Origin: a phage | Assembly: GCA_011835815.1 (NCBI GenBank) | Contig: GCA_011835815.1_3615.1 | Direction: 5' to 3' (one strand) | DNA length: 64,000 bases | Shown: positions 45,513 to 52,893 of the stretch, in pieces | How the letters are laid out: each line of letters starts with the position of its first letter | Position numbering within the stretch: the stretch's first letter is position 1 | Notes under the pieces: model-generated | The model's input: the letters and a program-made list of their open reading frames with translations, nothing else | Told to the model about the DNA's origin: nothing | Database searches by the model: none | Position numbers and translations under genes: made by a program

Positions 45513-46414
45513 TCAAGTATCTCACGGCGTTCCTGCTCCAGGAGGCAGTTCCACACATCTTCTGTGTAATTGCTACGAATGAAGTTTACCATGCCATAAA
45601 ACTCTTCGTCAATACGTTTAAAGATATCATCATCCCAAATCTTCCAAGCTTTACCCCTCATTACGGCCTTCCGTGCCAAATAGTATGGAGACTTGATCTT
45701 CAGCTGCAGGTCATAAGGGTAGTAAGGCTTACGGATCATATACCCTTCGCCCCTTGTTTCTGCAGCTAATTCTTTTGCATAGCTGAACGGGATTTCACGC
45801 ACAGTGTGAGGACGTTTTGCACCAAGGTATTTGGCAATCCCATCTAAAGCTGCTTCTGGTAGCATTATTCCAGAATCATTATATCTGCAACCTATCAAAT
45901 ATGCGCCATGGTCTTCTTGAACAATATGCGGATCTGAAGGGTGACAAATTTCAAACATGAATGTCATGTTTTCATTGCCCATAACCTTCTTGATAAGATC
46001 TAAATTACCACATTGCTCTTGGATGGTTTCCTTTGCAAGGTTACAATATGGAGAATCAAGAGACCCGGTTGTTGAGAACAATAGGTCACCTTTATGAGAT
46101 GATACCACACCAAGGAATCCGTTCTTTTTCTCTACCGCAGTCACAAGCTTATTGTCAGGCAGGTTGGTGGAGTTTTCTCCCAAGTTAAACACTTTTGTGA
46201 AGGGCCATGCCACAACATTTCCTTCATTACCTACAACAATGCCTCGGCACTCCAGTAAACGAGGGGACAAATGCCATAAATTGTTGTAAAATACTTTTCT
46301 AGCATATTTATAGATCTTTAACCCGAGATCTGGGTAATACCTACTGGTTACAAGACCTTTGTCAACTAGGTCGTCTGCATTAAAATACTTCATCATACGT
46401 TCCTCATTTGTCAT
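45479..46414 (-). CDS. RNA ligase, T4 Rnl1 (RnlA) family
   Basis: 311 aa; LECRGIVVGN, KVFNLGEN, AVEKKNGFLGVVS (KxxG lysine motif), FMFEICHPSDPHIV and GYMIRKP...LKIKSPYY are collinear with T4 RnlA blocks as I recall them. Confidence 0.8.
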   Translation of the reverse strand: MTNEERMMKYFNADDLVDKGLVTSRYYPDLGLKIYKYARKVFYNNLWHLSPRLLECRGIVVGNEGNVVAWPFTKVFNLGENSTNLPDNKLVTAVEKKNGFLGVVSSHKGDLLFSTTGSLDSPYCNLAKETIQEQCGNLDLIKKVMGNENMTFMFEICHPSDPHIVQEDHGAYLIGCRYNDSGIMLPEAALDGIAKYLGAKRPHTVREIPFSYAKELAAETRGEGYMIRKPYYPYDLQLKIKSPYYLARKAVMRGKAWKIWDDDIFKRIDEEFYGMVNFIRSNYTEDVWNCLLEQERREILDCYFHNEDYMQ

Positions 46415-46514
46415 TTTGTCAGTCTATCCTGCCACACAAATAACCTAGTGTCAACACTTGAAATTAACAAAACAGTTAGATATACTATCGTTGAAATTAA
46501 AACGGAGGGTCACT

Positions 46515-46925
46515 ATGTCTAAAATGCTATATATCGTGCGTGGTCTACCAGGGTCTGGCAAATCAACACTGGCAAATGCGCTATCTTTAGAGGGTCTGTA
46601 TCCACATTTTGAGAACGACATGTTCTGGTATGACGATGACGGCAATTACAACTGGGATGCAAGTAAAGTAACACTCGCAGCGAAATGGTGCAAAGATAAC
46701 GTAGAAGATATGATGCGTATGGGATACGACCGTATCGTGGTAAGTAATACGTTTACAAAAGAAAAACATGTGCAGGAATATGTTGACATGGCAATCAGTC
46801 ATGGGTATAGTTATACCGTGATCGTGGTTGAAAACCGCCACGGTAATAAAAGCATTCATGATGTTCCAGACAGGGTTGTGGATCGTATGGAACGCCAGCT
46901 TAAAAACTGCATTAAACTTAAATGA
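46515..46925 (+). CDS. P-loop kinase, candidate polynucleotide 5'-kinase
   Basis: ATG at 46515 with GGAGGG SD (track ORF starts 46458); MLYIVRGLPGSGKSTLA Walker A; divergent from the RNA ligase. Confidence 0.6.
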   Translation: MSKMLYIVRGLPGSGKSTLANALSLEGLYPHFENDMFWYDDDGNYNWDASKVTLAAKWCKDNVEDMMRMGYDRIVVSNTFTKEKHVQEYVDMAISHGYSYTVIVVENRHGNKSIHDVPDRVVDRMERQLKNCIKLK

Positions 46926-46932
46926 GGAATGT

Positions 46933-47487
46933 ATGAAATACTTTGTAACAAGCGACACACACTTTCTCCACCAGCGGGTCATGGAGTTCGATTCATGTCA
47001 AAAACACAGATCTCAGTATGATCACAATCTTGACAGTATGAATGCGGGAATCATCACCAAGTGGAACTCTGTTGTGTCACCTGCAGACACTGTGTTTCAC
47101 TTGGGAGATATTGCGTGCACTAATGATAAGAATATCAACAAATTGCTCCCAGATATTCTAAATATGTTGAACGGACATATTATTCTTGTTCGTGGTAACC
47201 ATGACACAAGGACGACTGTCAGAATTATGAAAGAGTTCGGTCATGAGGTTGTAGATTATTACGAGCTTCGCCACAACAAGAATTTGATCTGTATGAGCCA
47301 TTACCAGTTTGCAAAGTGGAACAGAAAGCCTCACGGATCAGTCCAACTGTTCGGTCATGCTCACGGAACCACACAGCAGTTGTTTGGCAGGCAGTTTGAT
47401 GTCGGTTGGGATGTGTGGGGGAGACTCTTACCATTAGAAGAGGCATACCGTATTGCAATGAGTCTTGCTATTGACAGCGGGGAGTAA
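46933..47487 (+). CDS. calcineurin-like metallophosphoesterase, candidate 2',3'-phosphatase
   Basis: ATG at 46933 with GAGGA SD; VTSDTHF, GDIACTN and VRGNHD metallophosphatase motifs. Confidence 0.65.
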   Translation: MKYFVTSDTHFLHQRVMEFDSCQKHRSQYDHNLDSMNAGIITKWNSVVSPADTVFHLGDIACTNDKNINKLLPDILNMLNGHIILVRGNHDTRTTVRIMKEFGHEVVDYYELRHNKNLICMSHYQFAKWNRKPHGSVQLFGHAHGTTQQLFGRQFDVGWDVWGRLLPLEEAYRIAMSLAIDSGE

Positions 47488-47534
47488 TCCCTGCTATTTT
47501 AAAGAAAATTGCCACACAAGGAGAATCAGGAGAT

Positions 47535-47885
47535 ATGAAAGATGGGGATAAGCTGCTATATCTTAAAGTCCCCCTTGAAATACTGTCTATGTCAAAAGTT
47601 TTGAATGACACAACTGGGGAGGTTGTTGTTCTTGACTTATATGACAAGATCGTATACTGCTACCTGCACAACTGGTATAAGCTTGGAGGAAATTCACGCT
47701 TCACACCCAGCACAAGGAAAATTGCAGCAGATGTTGGGATAAAGAAAACAAAAGCAGCAGCGTGCGTTAAAACTTTAGAATGTGCAGGAGTGGTTGAAAT
47801 ATCCACACAAGGGAGAGGTAAAAGATGTACATTTTCCAAAGTTTTGCCACCAGAAGAGGTTATTCGAATGTCAACAACTGGTTAG
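47535..47885 (+). CDS. putative winged-helix DNA-binding protein
   Basis: 116 aa; TRKIAADVGIKKTKAAACVKTLECAGVV is HTH-like; directly upstream of the iteron array. Confidence 0.45.
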   Translation: MKDGDKLLYLKVPLEILSMSKVLNDTTGEVVVLDLYDKIVYCYLHNWYKLGGNSRFTPSTRKIAADVGIKKTKAAACVKTLECAGVVEISTQGRGKRCTFSKVLPPEEVIRMSTTG

Positions 47886-47959
47886 ACCAGTAAAAACTTA
47901 AATATCTGTACTATAAGGATTCGTATGTTTTATGTTCGCTCTGGAACAGAGGTCAGTAA

Positions 47960-48042
47960 CTGTCCGTGATACGGACACTACTGTCCGTCACGCGGACACA
48001 TCTGCCCGTAATACGGACACTAACTGTCCGTGATACGGACAC
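47960..48042. repeat. four 19-bp palindromic iterons CTGTCCGTGATACGGACAC at 21-22 bp spacing
   Basis: Copies near 47960, 47981, 48002, 48024 (two exact, two with 1-3 changes); each holds GTCCG-N5-CGGAC; AT-rich tract with ATAACTAAA x2 and GTAC-rich palindromes follows. Confidence 0.7.
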
Positions 48043-48180
48043 ATAAAGAATATAACTAAAATAACTAAATAATAAAAAATAAAAGATCTAGTACTTATGG
48101 TACTAAGTACATATACTTAACTTATGTAGAATATACTAGATCCTAAGTACCATGTTTTAAAATTATTACTTACTATAGGT

Positions 48181-48430
48181 AGTGTCGGCCCTTCATTGGC
48201 ACTCGCCTACGAGGGGCGAGATGCCGGGCCTCCTTGGTGCACACAATAACAGAAGTGCATACATGCAGGTCTGTTAACATGTGTGGGAGCGAAGCGATAG
48301 CGCAGGCCAAAGGCCGAGCACTGATGTGGACCACCGACGAAAGCTTGCCAGCGCCGTAAGGAGTCGGTTGAGAGTCTCCCGCGCGAGCTTGGATGAAGTT
48401 TATGTGTGGAAACTGACAAGAAGGCCCCTA
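48181..48430. other. GC-rich structured island, candidate ncRNA
   Basis: About 250 bp with much higher GC than surroundings, no + strand ORF, nested hairpins such as CTCGCC-UACGAGG-GGCGAG and GGCC-AAA-GGCC. Confidence 0.35.
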
Positions 48431-48545
48431 AATCGCTCCACAGCTATATAAACTATACCAGGTAATGCAATCGCACCAGTTTGATAGAAAAGCTCGTTAC
48501 AAAGTGATACAGTGAGTTTTTCTATAACTTGAAGAGGAGGCAGCT

Positions 48546-49124
48546 ATGGGTTCACGCAAAGATGACCGTGAAAAGATTGCAAAACGTTATCAGAATGAAG
48601 AACAGATGGAGAAAACTTTCAAGTGGAAGCCAGGTTTCCAGCGTAATCATTCTAACGCTCGTGATCGTAAGCATCCGGATAAGTGGTTAACACCGCCAAA
48701 TGATGGCATGCAGGTTGGTGATGAGAAGGAGCTGTCACCTGGAAAAGATGGCAACTACATTCGCACTAAGGAAGCAGGTCCAAAGGATGACAGCTATCTT
48801 GTAGATAAGGTTCTTGATGGTATTGATGTAGATGTTGACACTGCACGAAACCTTTTTCTTGGTTGGTATCGTACAGGGTTTTTCGACATCAAGGCTATTC
48901 GTCGTGTTTGTGATATTAAAAAGTCTGCCTATGATGATGACTCTCTACATCGCACTCTGAGACAATACTCAGAGAGATACGGTCATCCAGTTATCACTCT
49001 TGACGATATTAACGAAGTGATGTATCATGCAGAGGTTGTTGCAGGTAGATTCGGTGATGCATATCTCGGTATTCTTTCTGCAAAAGATGAGGTAATGTTA
49101 AATAAAATTTACTATGAACGCTGA
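48546..49124 (+). CDS. hypothetical protein
   Basis: 192-aa ORF with GAGGAGG SD. Confidence 0.6.
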   Translation: MGSRKDDREKIAKRYQNEEQMEKTFKWKPGFQRNHSNARDRKHPDKWLTPPNDGMQVGDEKELSPGKDGNYIRTKEAGPKDDSYLVDKVLDGIDVDVDTARNLFLGWYRTGFFDIKAIRRVCDIKKSAYDDDSLHRTLRQYSERYGHPVITLDDINEVMYHAEVVAGRFGDAYLGILSAKDEVMLNKIYYER

Positions 49125-49323
49125 GGAGCGCTTAATGAACAACCCGGTAGCAAAGAACTGTAATAAGTTCAACAAGTCTGCAATTCACACTGACAGGAAA
49201 AAGAGCTGGTCTCCTGACATTGACGAGGAGCTTGAGAGTTACTTTGAAGACCTGGTCACTAATGCAGATGAGGTTGCGATTAAAGAATACGCAGACAGGA
49301 AGGATAAGGCCGGAATCTGTTGA
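49114..49323 (+). CDS. hypothetical protein
   Basis: 69-aa ORF overlapping preceding stop. Confidence 0.45.
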   Translation: MNAEERLMNNPVAKNCNKFNKSAIHTDRKKSWSPDIDEELESYFEDLVTNADEVAIKEYADRKDKAGIC

Positions 49324-49399
49324 CAAAAATAGTGTTACCTGATAAGATCTGCAATATGATGTGATGCAATTTTAACTTACGAGGTCTACAGGTAATGCT

Positions 49400-49642
49400 A
49401 TGTTTAAGGTTAAGCTCGTTTTTCGTTCCATGAATGAGGATTATTTAGAAGATGAAGGTGAATTTCGTGCACTGGATGATGCAATAGATTTTGCCAACGA
49501 CTTAGCTTGTATGAATACAGGTTATGGGCTATGTTGTTGGGATGGTGGTGTTCAGATCGGTGATAGCAAGATCTTCTACTTCTACCCTGAGCCTGATAAC
49601 AAACAAATTAAGTATGTTTTATTTATTTGTGCTTTACAATGA
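49400..49642 (+). CDS. hypothetical protein
   Basis: 80-aa ORF. Confidence 0.45.
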   Translation: MFKVKLVFRSMNEDYLEDEGEFRALDDAIDFANDLACMNTGYGLCCWDGGVQIGDSKIFYFYPEPDNKQIKYVLFICALQ

Positions 49643-49699
49643 GGTTGTTTTCGTGTATCATGATGAATATCCAATTTAAAGATGAATTTGATGGCTTTA

Positions 49700-49930
49700 T
49701 CTCTGGATGCTTTGAAACAGGGTTCGGAGAAGGCTGAGTTCCCTTAGAGGGCTTGATAGTGCACCACACTTAAAATGGTAGGGGCAGCCAGCACATGACG
49801 ATGTGACCCCAGCCAACCTGTAATAAGGTCGAGCCTGAGCGCGGTAATGGGTATAGCTGGAAAACCCACTTGTTGGGTCTTGCTGGTCCAGGACGCTGGA
49901 CAAGTCGCAGGGAATACCACCCTGCGGCGA
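49700..49930. other. second GC-rich structured island, candidate ncRNA
   Basis: About 230 bp GC-rich, no + strand ORF; all three - strand frames stay open (few stops), as expected for GC-rich non-coding sequence. Confidence 0.3.
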
Positions 49931-49932
49931 AC

Positions 49933-49961
49933 TTGACAATCAGTATTTGCTGTGATAAAAT
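49933..49961 (+). promoter_or_regulatory. sigma70-like promoter
   Basis: TTGACA-N17-TAAAAT upstream of the 49990 gene. Confidence 0.55.
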
Positions 49962-49989
49962 CCACCTATCACGTGATAATGGAGGAAAC

Positions 49990-50328
49990 ATGGCGGATAC
50001 AACTAAAAAGCGTCGCCGTAGAGGCAGACCTCTGAAAGAGGAGTCCAACGCCATTCAGCTAGAGAAGAACATCCTTGATATGAAGGAATCTTTTATAGCG
50101 ATGGTTCCAGAAGCTCATAAAGTTTTAAGAGAGCTGATGTTGGACCCGAAAACCAAACAAAATATTCGTCAAAGCATTGCAGAGTATGTTCTTGATAAGG
50201 CAGACCGAATGCAGGAAGAATATGATGAGATGTTTGGTGAAGAGGAAGAGGTGGTAGTAGAAGAGGCTGAAAAACCAGCACCTTTTATGCCGTTTACCAC
50301 AGAAATACAGCCTGTTAGCAATAGCTAA
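49990..50328 (+). CDS. hypothetical protein with basic N-terminus and acidic C-terminus
   Basis: ATG at 49990 with GGAGGA SD (track ORF starts 49870); MADTTKKRRRRGRPLKEE. Confidence 0.55.
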   Translation: MADTTKKRRRRGRPLKEESNAIQLEKNILDMKESFIAMVPEAHKVLRELMLDPKTKQNIRQSIAEYVLDKADRMQEEYDEMFGEEEEVVVEEAEKPAPFMPFTTEIQPVSNS

Positions 50329-50337
50329 AATATTTTC

Positions 50338-50366
50338 TTGACAAACTTTGCTTAACAGTGTAATAT
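50338..50366 (+). promoter_or_regulatory. sigma70-like promoter for the tRNA cluster
   Basis: TTGACA-N17-TAATAT about 60 bp upstream of the first tRNA. Confidence 0.55.
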
Positions 50367-50424
50367 TGTAAACATGGTCTCCCACCTTTTCTGGCGGCTA
50401 AGGTGTAAAAGAAAGCCACCCAGT

Positions 50425-50499
50425 GCCCTGTTAGCTTAGTGGATAAAGCAGCGGCCTTCTAAGCCGTTGACACTGGTTCGAGTCCAGTACGGGGTGCCA
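50425..50499 (+). tRNA. tRNA-Arg (anticodon UCU)
   Basis: Hand-folded cloverleaf: acceptor GCCCTGT/ACGGGGT, anticodon loop CTTCTAA, T-loop GGTTCGAGTCC, encoded CCA. Confidence 0.75.
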
Positions 50500-50629
50500 A
50501 GTTCTTTTTAATGTAGCTTACTTTAGCAGAGTAAATCTTCGGCAAGTGGCGGTAACCACTTTACCGATACCTCATAGTTAGTGGTGAGAACACTAGCTAT
50601 TTTAAAAAGAATTTAAATATTAGTATTTA

Positions 50630-50717
50630 GGTGAGTTAATTCCGTAGGGGTAGCGGGGCAGACTGTAAATCTGTTATCATTGCGATTCGGGTGGTTCGAC
50701 TCCATCACTCACCACCA
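50630..50717 (+). tRNA. tRNA-Tyr (anticodon GUA), class II
   Basis: Acceptor GGTGAGT/ACTCACC, anticodon arm GCAGA-CTGTAAA-TCTGT, long variable arm, T-loop GGTTCGACTCC, CCA; D-arm register uncertain. Confidence 0.65.
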
Positions 50718-50821
50718 AATTTATATTTTTAAATGCATAAATCATACAGATAATGGCATTGATATTTATCGTCGTTTATACTAGTCACTAACTGCTCGAA
50801 AATCAGTGTCATTATCAGTAT

Positions 50822-50912
50822 AATTTATAAAGGAGGGTAGGGAGCAATGGTGCTCAAGCGGTCTTGAAAACCGCCCCGTTGAGGATGACTCGATGATGGT
50901 TCGATTCCATTA
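50822..50912 (+). tRNA. tRNA-Ser (anticodon UGA), class II
   Basis: Acceptor GGAGGGT/ACTCTCC, anticodon arm GCGGT-CTTGAAA-ACCGC, long variable arm, T-loop GGTTCGATTCC, CCA. Confidence 0.65.
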
Positions 50913-51020
50913 CTCTCCGCCACATTGTTGACCTTGTAATTAAGCGAAAGCCGGAAGCAGAACCGGATTATCAAATGTTACAGTCGTCATCGCCGACTAG
51001 CAACATGGTCAACATACTGA

Positions 51021-51119
51021 GCTAGGTAAGCCCTTTGGCAAGGGCGAGGATTTTTAATCCTGAAAATAGACGAGGTAGTCGTTGAATACATAGGTGGTTC
51101 GATTCCATCGCCTAGCACC
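51021..51119 (+). tRNA. atypical tRNA-like gene (about 97 nt), anticodon possibly UUU (Lys)
   Basis: Perfect acceptor GCTAGGT/GCCTAGC, D-arm GCCC-TTTGGCAA-GGGC, anticodon-like hairpin GAGGA-TTTTTAA-TCCTG, canonical T-arm; but about 30 nt inserted between anticodon stem and T-stem. Confidence 0.4.
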
Positions 51120-51124
51120 TTTTT

Positions 51125-51200
51125 GCTGATGTAGCACAATCGGTAGTGCAATTGATTTGTAATCAATAGGTTGTAGGTTCAAGTCCTGCCATCAGCACCA
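51125..51200 (+). tRNA. tRNA-Thr (anticodon UGU)
   Basis: Acceptor GCTGATG/CATCAGC, D-stem GCAC/GTGC, anticodon arm ATTGA-TTTGTAA-TCAAT, T-loop GGTTCAAGTCC, CCA. Confidence 0.75.
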
Positions 51201-51201
51201 A

Positions 51202-51276
51202 GGCCCTGTAGCTGGAAGGTTCAAGCAAGCGACTCATAATCGCCAGACGGTGGTTCAATTCCACCCAGGGCCACCA
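51202..51276 (+). tRNA. tRNA-Met or Ile2 (anticodon CAU)
   Basis: Acceptor GGCCCTG/CAGGGCC, anticodon loop CTCATAA, T-loop GGTTCAATTCC, CCA; not initiator-like. Confidence 0.7.
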
Positions 51277-51287
51277 AATAGTAAATA

Positions 51288-51364
51288 CTCCGCGTAGCTC
51301 AGCTTGGTAGAGCGCCTGATTTGGGATCAGGAGGTCGAGTGTTCGAATCACTCCGTGGAGACCA
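51288..51364 (+). tRNA. tRNA-Pro (anticodon UGG)
   Basis: Acceptor CTCCGCG/CGTGGAG, D-stem GCTC/GAGC, anticodon arm CCTGA-TTTGGGA-TCAGG, T-loop GTTCGAATC, CCA. Confidence 0.75.
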
Positions 51365-51410
51365 CTTTCAGTTATACTTTAAACATATACAAACAAAAGG
51401 AACCTTTAAA

Positions 51411-51680
51411 ATGTATACACTTAAAATTGTAGAGCGTGTAAATCCAACCCATACCGTAGATTTTCGTGACGATTTCAATCCTCTGGCTGTAAATCTTCGA
51501 GAGTCATATCATGAACTCAGCTGCGATGCAGTGGTGGTCTTTTTTGAAGACAACTCTGAAGGGGCAGTAGCTTGTGTTGTTGATAGTGAGCAGAAGTTTT
51601 ATATTTACAGAGATGTAGATGCATACTTGATGAATGAAAATGCAGTTACTGTTAGAATCATCCACCGAGTGCCTCGATAA
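51411..51680 (+). CDS. hypothetical protein
   Basis: ATG at 51411 (track ORF starts at TTG inside tRNA-Pro); 89 aa; terminator follows. Confidence 0.5.
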   Translation: MYTLKIVERVNPTHTVDFRDDFNPLAVNLRESYHELSCDAVVVFFEDNSEGAVACVVDSEQKFYIYRDVDAYLMNENAVTVRIIHRVPR

Positions 51681-51732
51681 GTATTAGTCTCCTTTTAGTT
51701 AGTTTCGATCTATTTAGGTTACTCAATTTTAA

Positions 51733-51768
51733 CCCGCCCCGTTAGCTGCATAGCTGCGGGGTTTTTTC
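51733..51768 (+). terminator. rho-independent terminator
   Basis: GC-rich hairpin ending CGGGG followed by TTTTTT. Confidence 0.55.
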
Positions 51769-51785
51769 GTTTCTGGAGCCTTAAA

Positions 51786-52184
51786 ATGATTTCAGTTTTA
51801 ACATGGCTGAGTAGGTATAAAGGGATCATAAAAGGTTTAGTTTTTGCAGCTGCGATAGGTACAGCTTATCTTGGGGCCGTGTATTGGTTTAACTCTAAGC
51901 TTAATGATGCCTACCAGGAGGGTGTGTCAGCAACAGAGTTAAAGTGGGAACGGATCCTTGATCAGCAACAAAAGCAGGCCGACAAGATTAAAATGGGCCA
52001 CGCAGAGGAGGTTAAAAACCTTGAAAAATCTCTTTCTGATCTGCAGGATAAATTAAATATAGCTGAGAGGGCAGGTAGAGAAAAGCAGATTATCTACCTC
52101 CAATCACCTGAAGGTAAGAAGTCAACACTCCCTGATCAGCTTATAGATATTTATAATGAGAGTATCAATCAGGAGGATCGATGA
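51786..52184 (+). CDS. i-spanin (Rz-like inner membrane spanin subunit)
   Basis: 132 aa; N-terminal TM helix then charged coiled-coil-like periplasmic domain; followed by overlapping lipoprotein gene. Confidence 0.6.
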   Translation: MISVLTWLSRYKGIIKGLVFAAAIGTAYLGAVYWFNSKLNDAYQEGVSATELKWERILDQQQKQADKIKMGHAEEVKNLEKSLSDLQDKLNIAERAGREKQIIYLQSPEGKKSTLPDQLIDIYNESINQEDR

Positions 52185-52468
52185 GAGTTGCTGCACTGTT
52201 TATTGTGTGCTTTTTATTATGTGGGTGTGCAACCAGCGTTGAGAGAGAATACAAGATTGACCCTCCAGATGTAGGAAGGTTGATTGTTAAACCCCCGGAA
52301 GGTGCCATGAAACCACCTGCTAAAGCTATACCTTTGAAGAAAGGTGCTCCAGATGCAGTAAATTCTGGCATTATGAGGGATAATAATTTGTCTTGTAGCA
52401 ATGATAGAGCTAAATTGATCATTTTGCAAGACTATATTAGAACACTGTTTCCAAAGGAGAGAGGTTAA
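52181..52468 (+). CDS. o-spanin (Rz1-like outer membrane lipoprotein)
   Basis: 95 aa; signal peptide with lipobox-like LLCGC, Pro-rich mature region; start overlaps i-spanin stop (ATGA). Confidence 0.6.
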   Translation: MRVAALFIVCFLLCGCATSVEREYKIDPPDVGRLIVKPPEGAMKPPAKAIPLKKGAPDAVNSGIMRDNNLSCSNDRAKLIILQDYIRTLFPKERG

Positions 52469-52893
52469 TGTCTAAGATTTACGGACCGTGTTCTGAAAAG
52501 CAGAAGATGATCCTCGAAAACGATGCAGATATTTTGGTAATCGGCGGTGCCGCAGGGTCTGGCAAGTCGTTCCTCTTGCAGTTGATGCCGCTTAAAATTA
52601 TTGATGACCCCCACAGCTCTGTGGTTATGTTCCGAAGAACAACCCCACAGTTGGAAGGTGAGGGTGGGCTATGGCCTAAAGCAGTAGCTATTTATAGTGA
52701 TCTGCCTGAAAACATTAAGCCAAAGTTCAGAGAGAAGGATCATAAGTTCATTTTCCCACGGTTTGATCCGAGCACTGGCAAGTGGGATAGAAGCAAAAAG
52801 GGAGCTGTTGTAAAATACTGCCACATGGAGTATGTCCAAGATAAGCTTAACCATCAAGGTCTTGAGTACACCATGGTTTGCTTCGATGAGGGT
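52468..52893 (+). CDS. terL: terminase large subunit, exon 1 (ATPase N-terminus)
   Basis: Walker A VIGGAAGSGKS and Walker B-like MVCFDEG; reading frame is broken by a stop just after FDEG where the intron begins. Confidence 0.8.

Noticed and set aside
47960-48042. Iteron array as a CRISPR-like repeat
   Set aside because: Only four copies with 2-3 bp between them, so no spacers; the pattern fits protein-binding iterons instead.
48160-48190. T7-like promoter resemblance (ATTACTTACTATAGGTAG versus the T7 core ...CACTATAGG...) just upstream of the first GC-rich island
   Set aside because: Single occurrence, partial match, and no single-subunit phage RNA polymerase gene in the window; probably coincidental, though worth re-checking if such a polymerase exists elsewhere in the genome.
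48318-48350. Hammerhead-ribozyme-like core (CUGAUG ... CGAAA) inside the first GC-rich island
   Set aside because: The CUGANGA box is imperfect and I could not build a convincing stem II or three-way junction by hand.
48207-48419. 70-aa minus-strand ORF inside the first GC-rich island
   Set aside because: Arg/Ser/Pro-rich low-complexity translation with no start signals; an artefact of high GC content.
49697-50054. Three mutually overlapping minus-strand ORFs across the second GC-rich island
   Set aside because: They occupy all three frames of the same strand over the same bases, which reflects lack of stop codons in GC-rich DNA rather than genes.
50500-50629. Possible additional tRNA between tRNA-Arg and tRNA-Tyr
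   Set aside because: A hairpin can form (AGTGG...CCACT) but there is no T-loop (GTTCRA) or paired acceptor stem; it could still be a small processed RNA.
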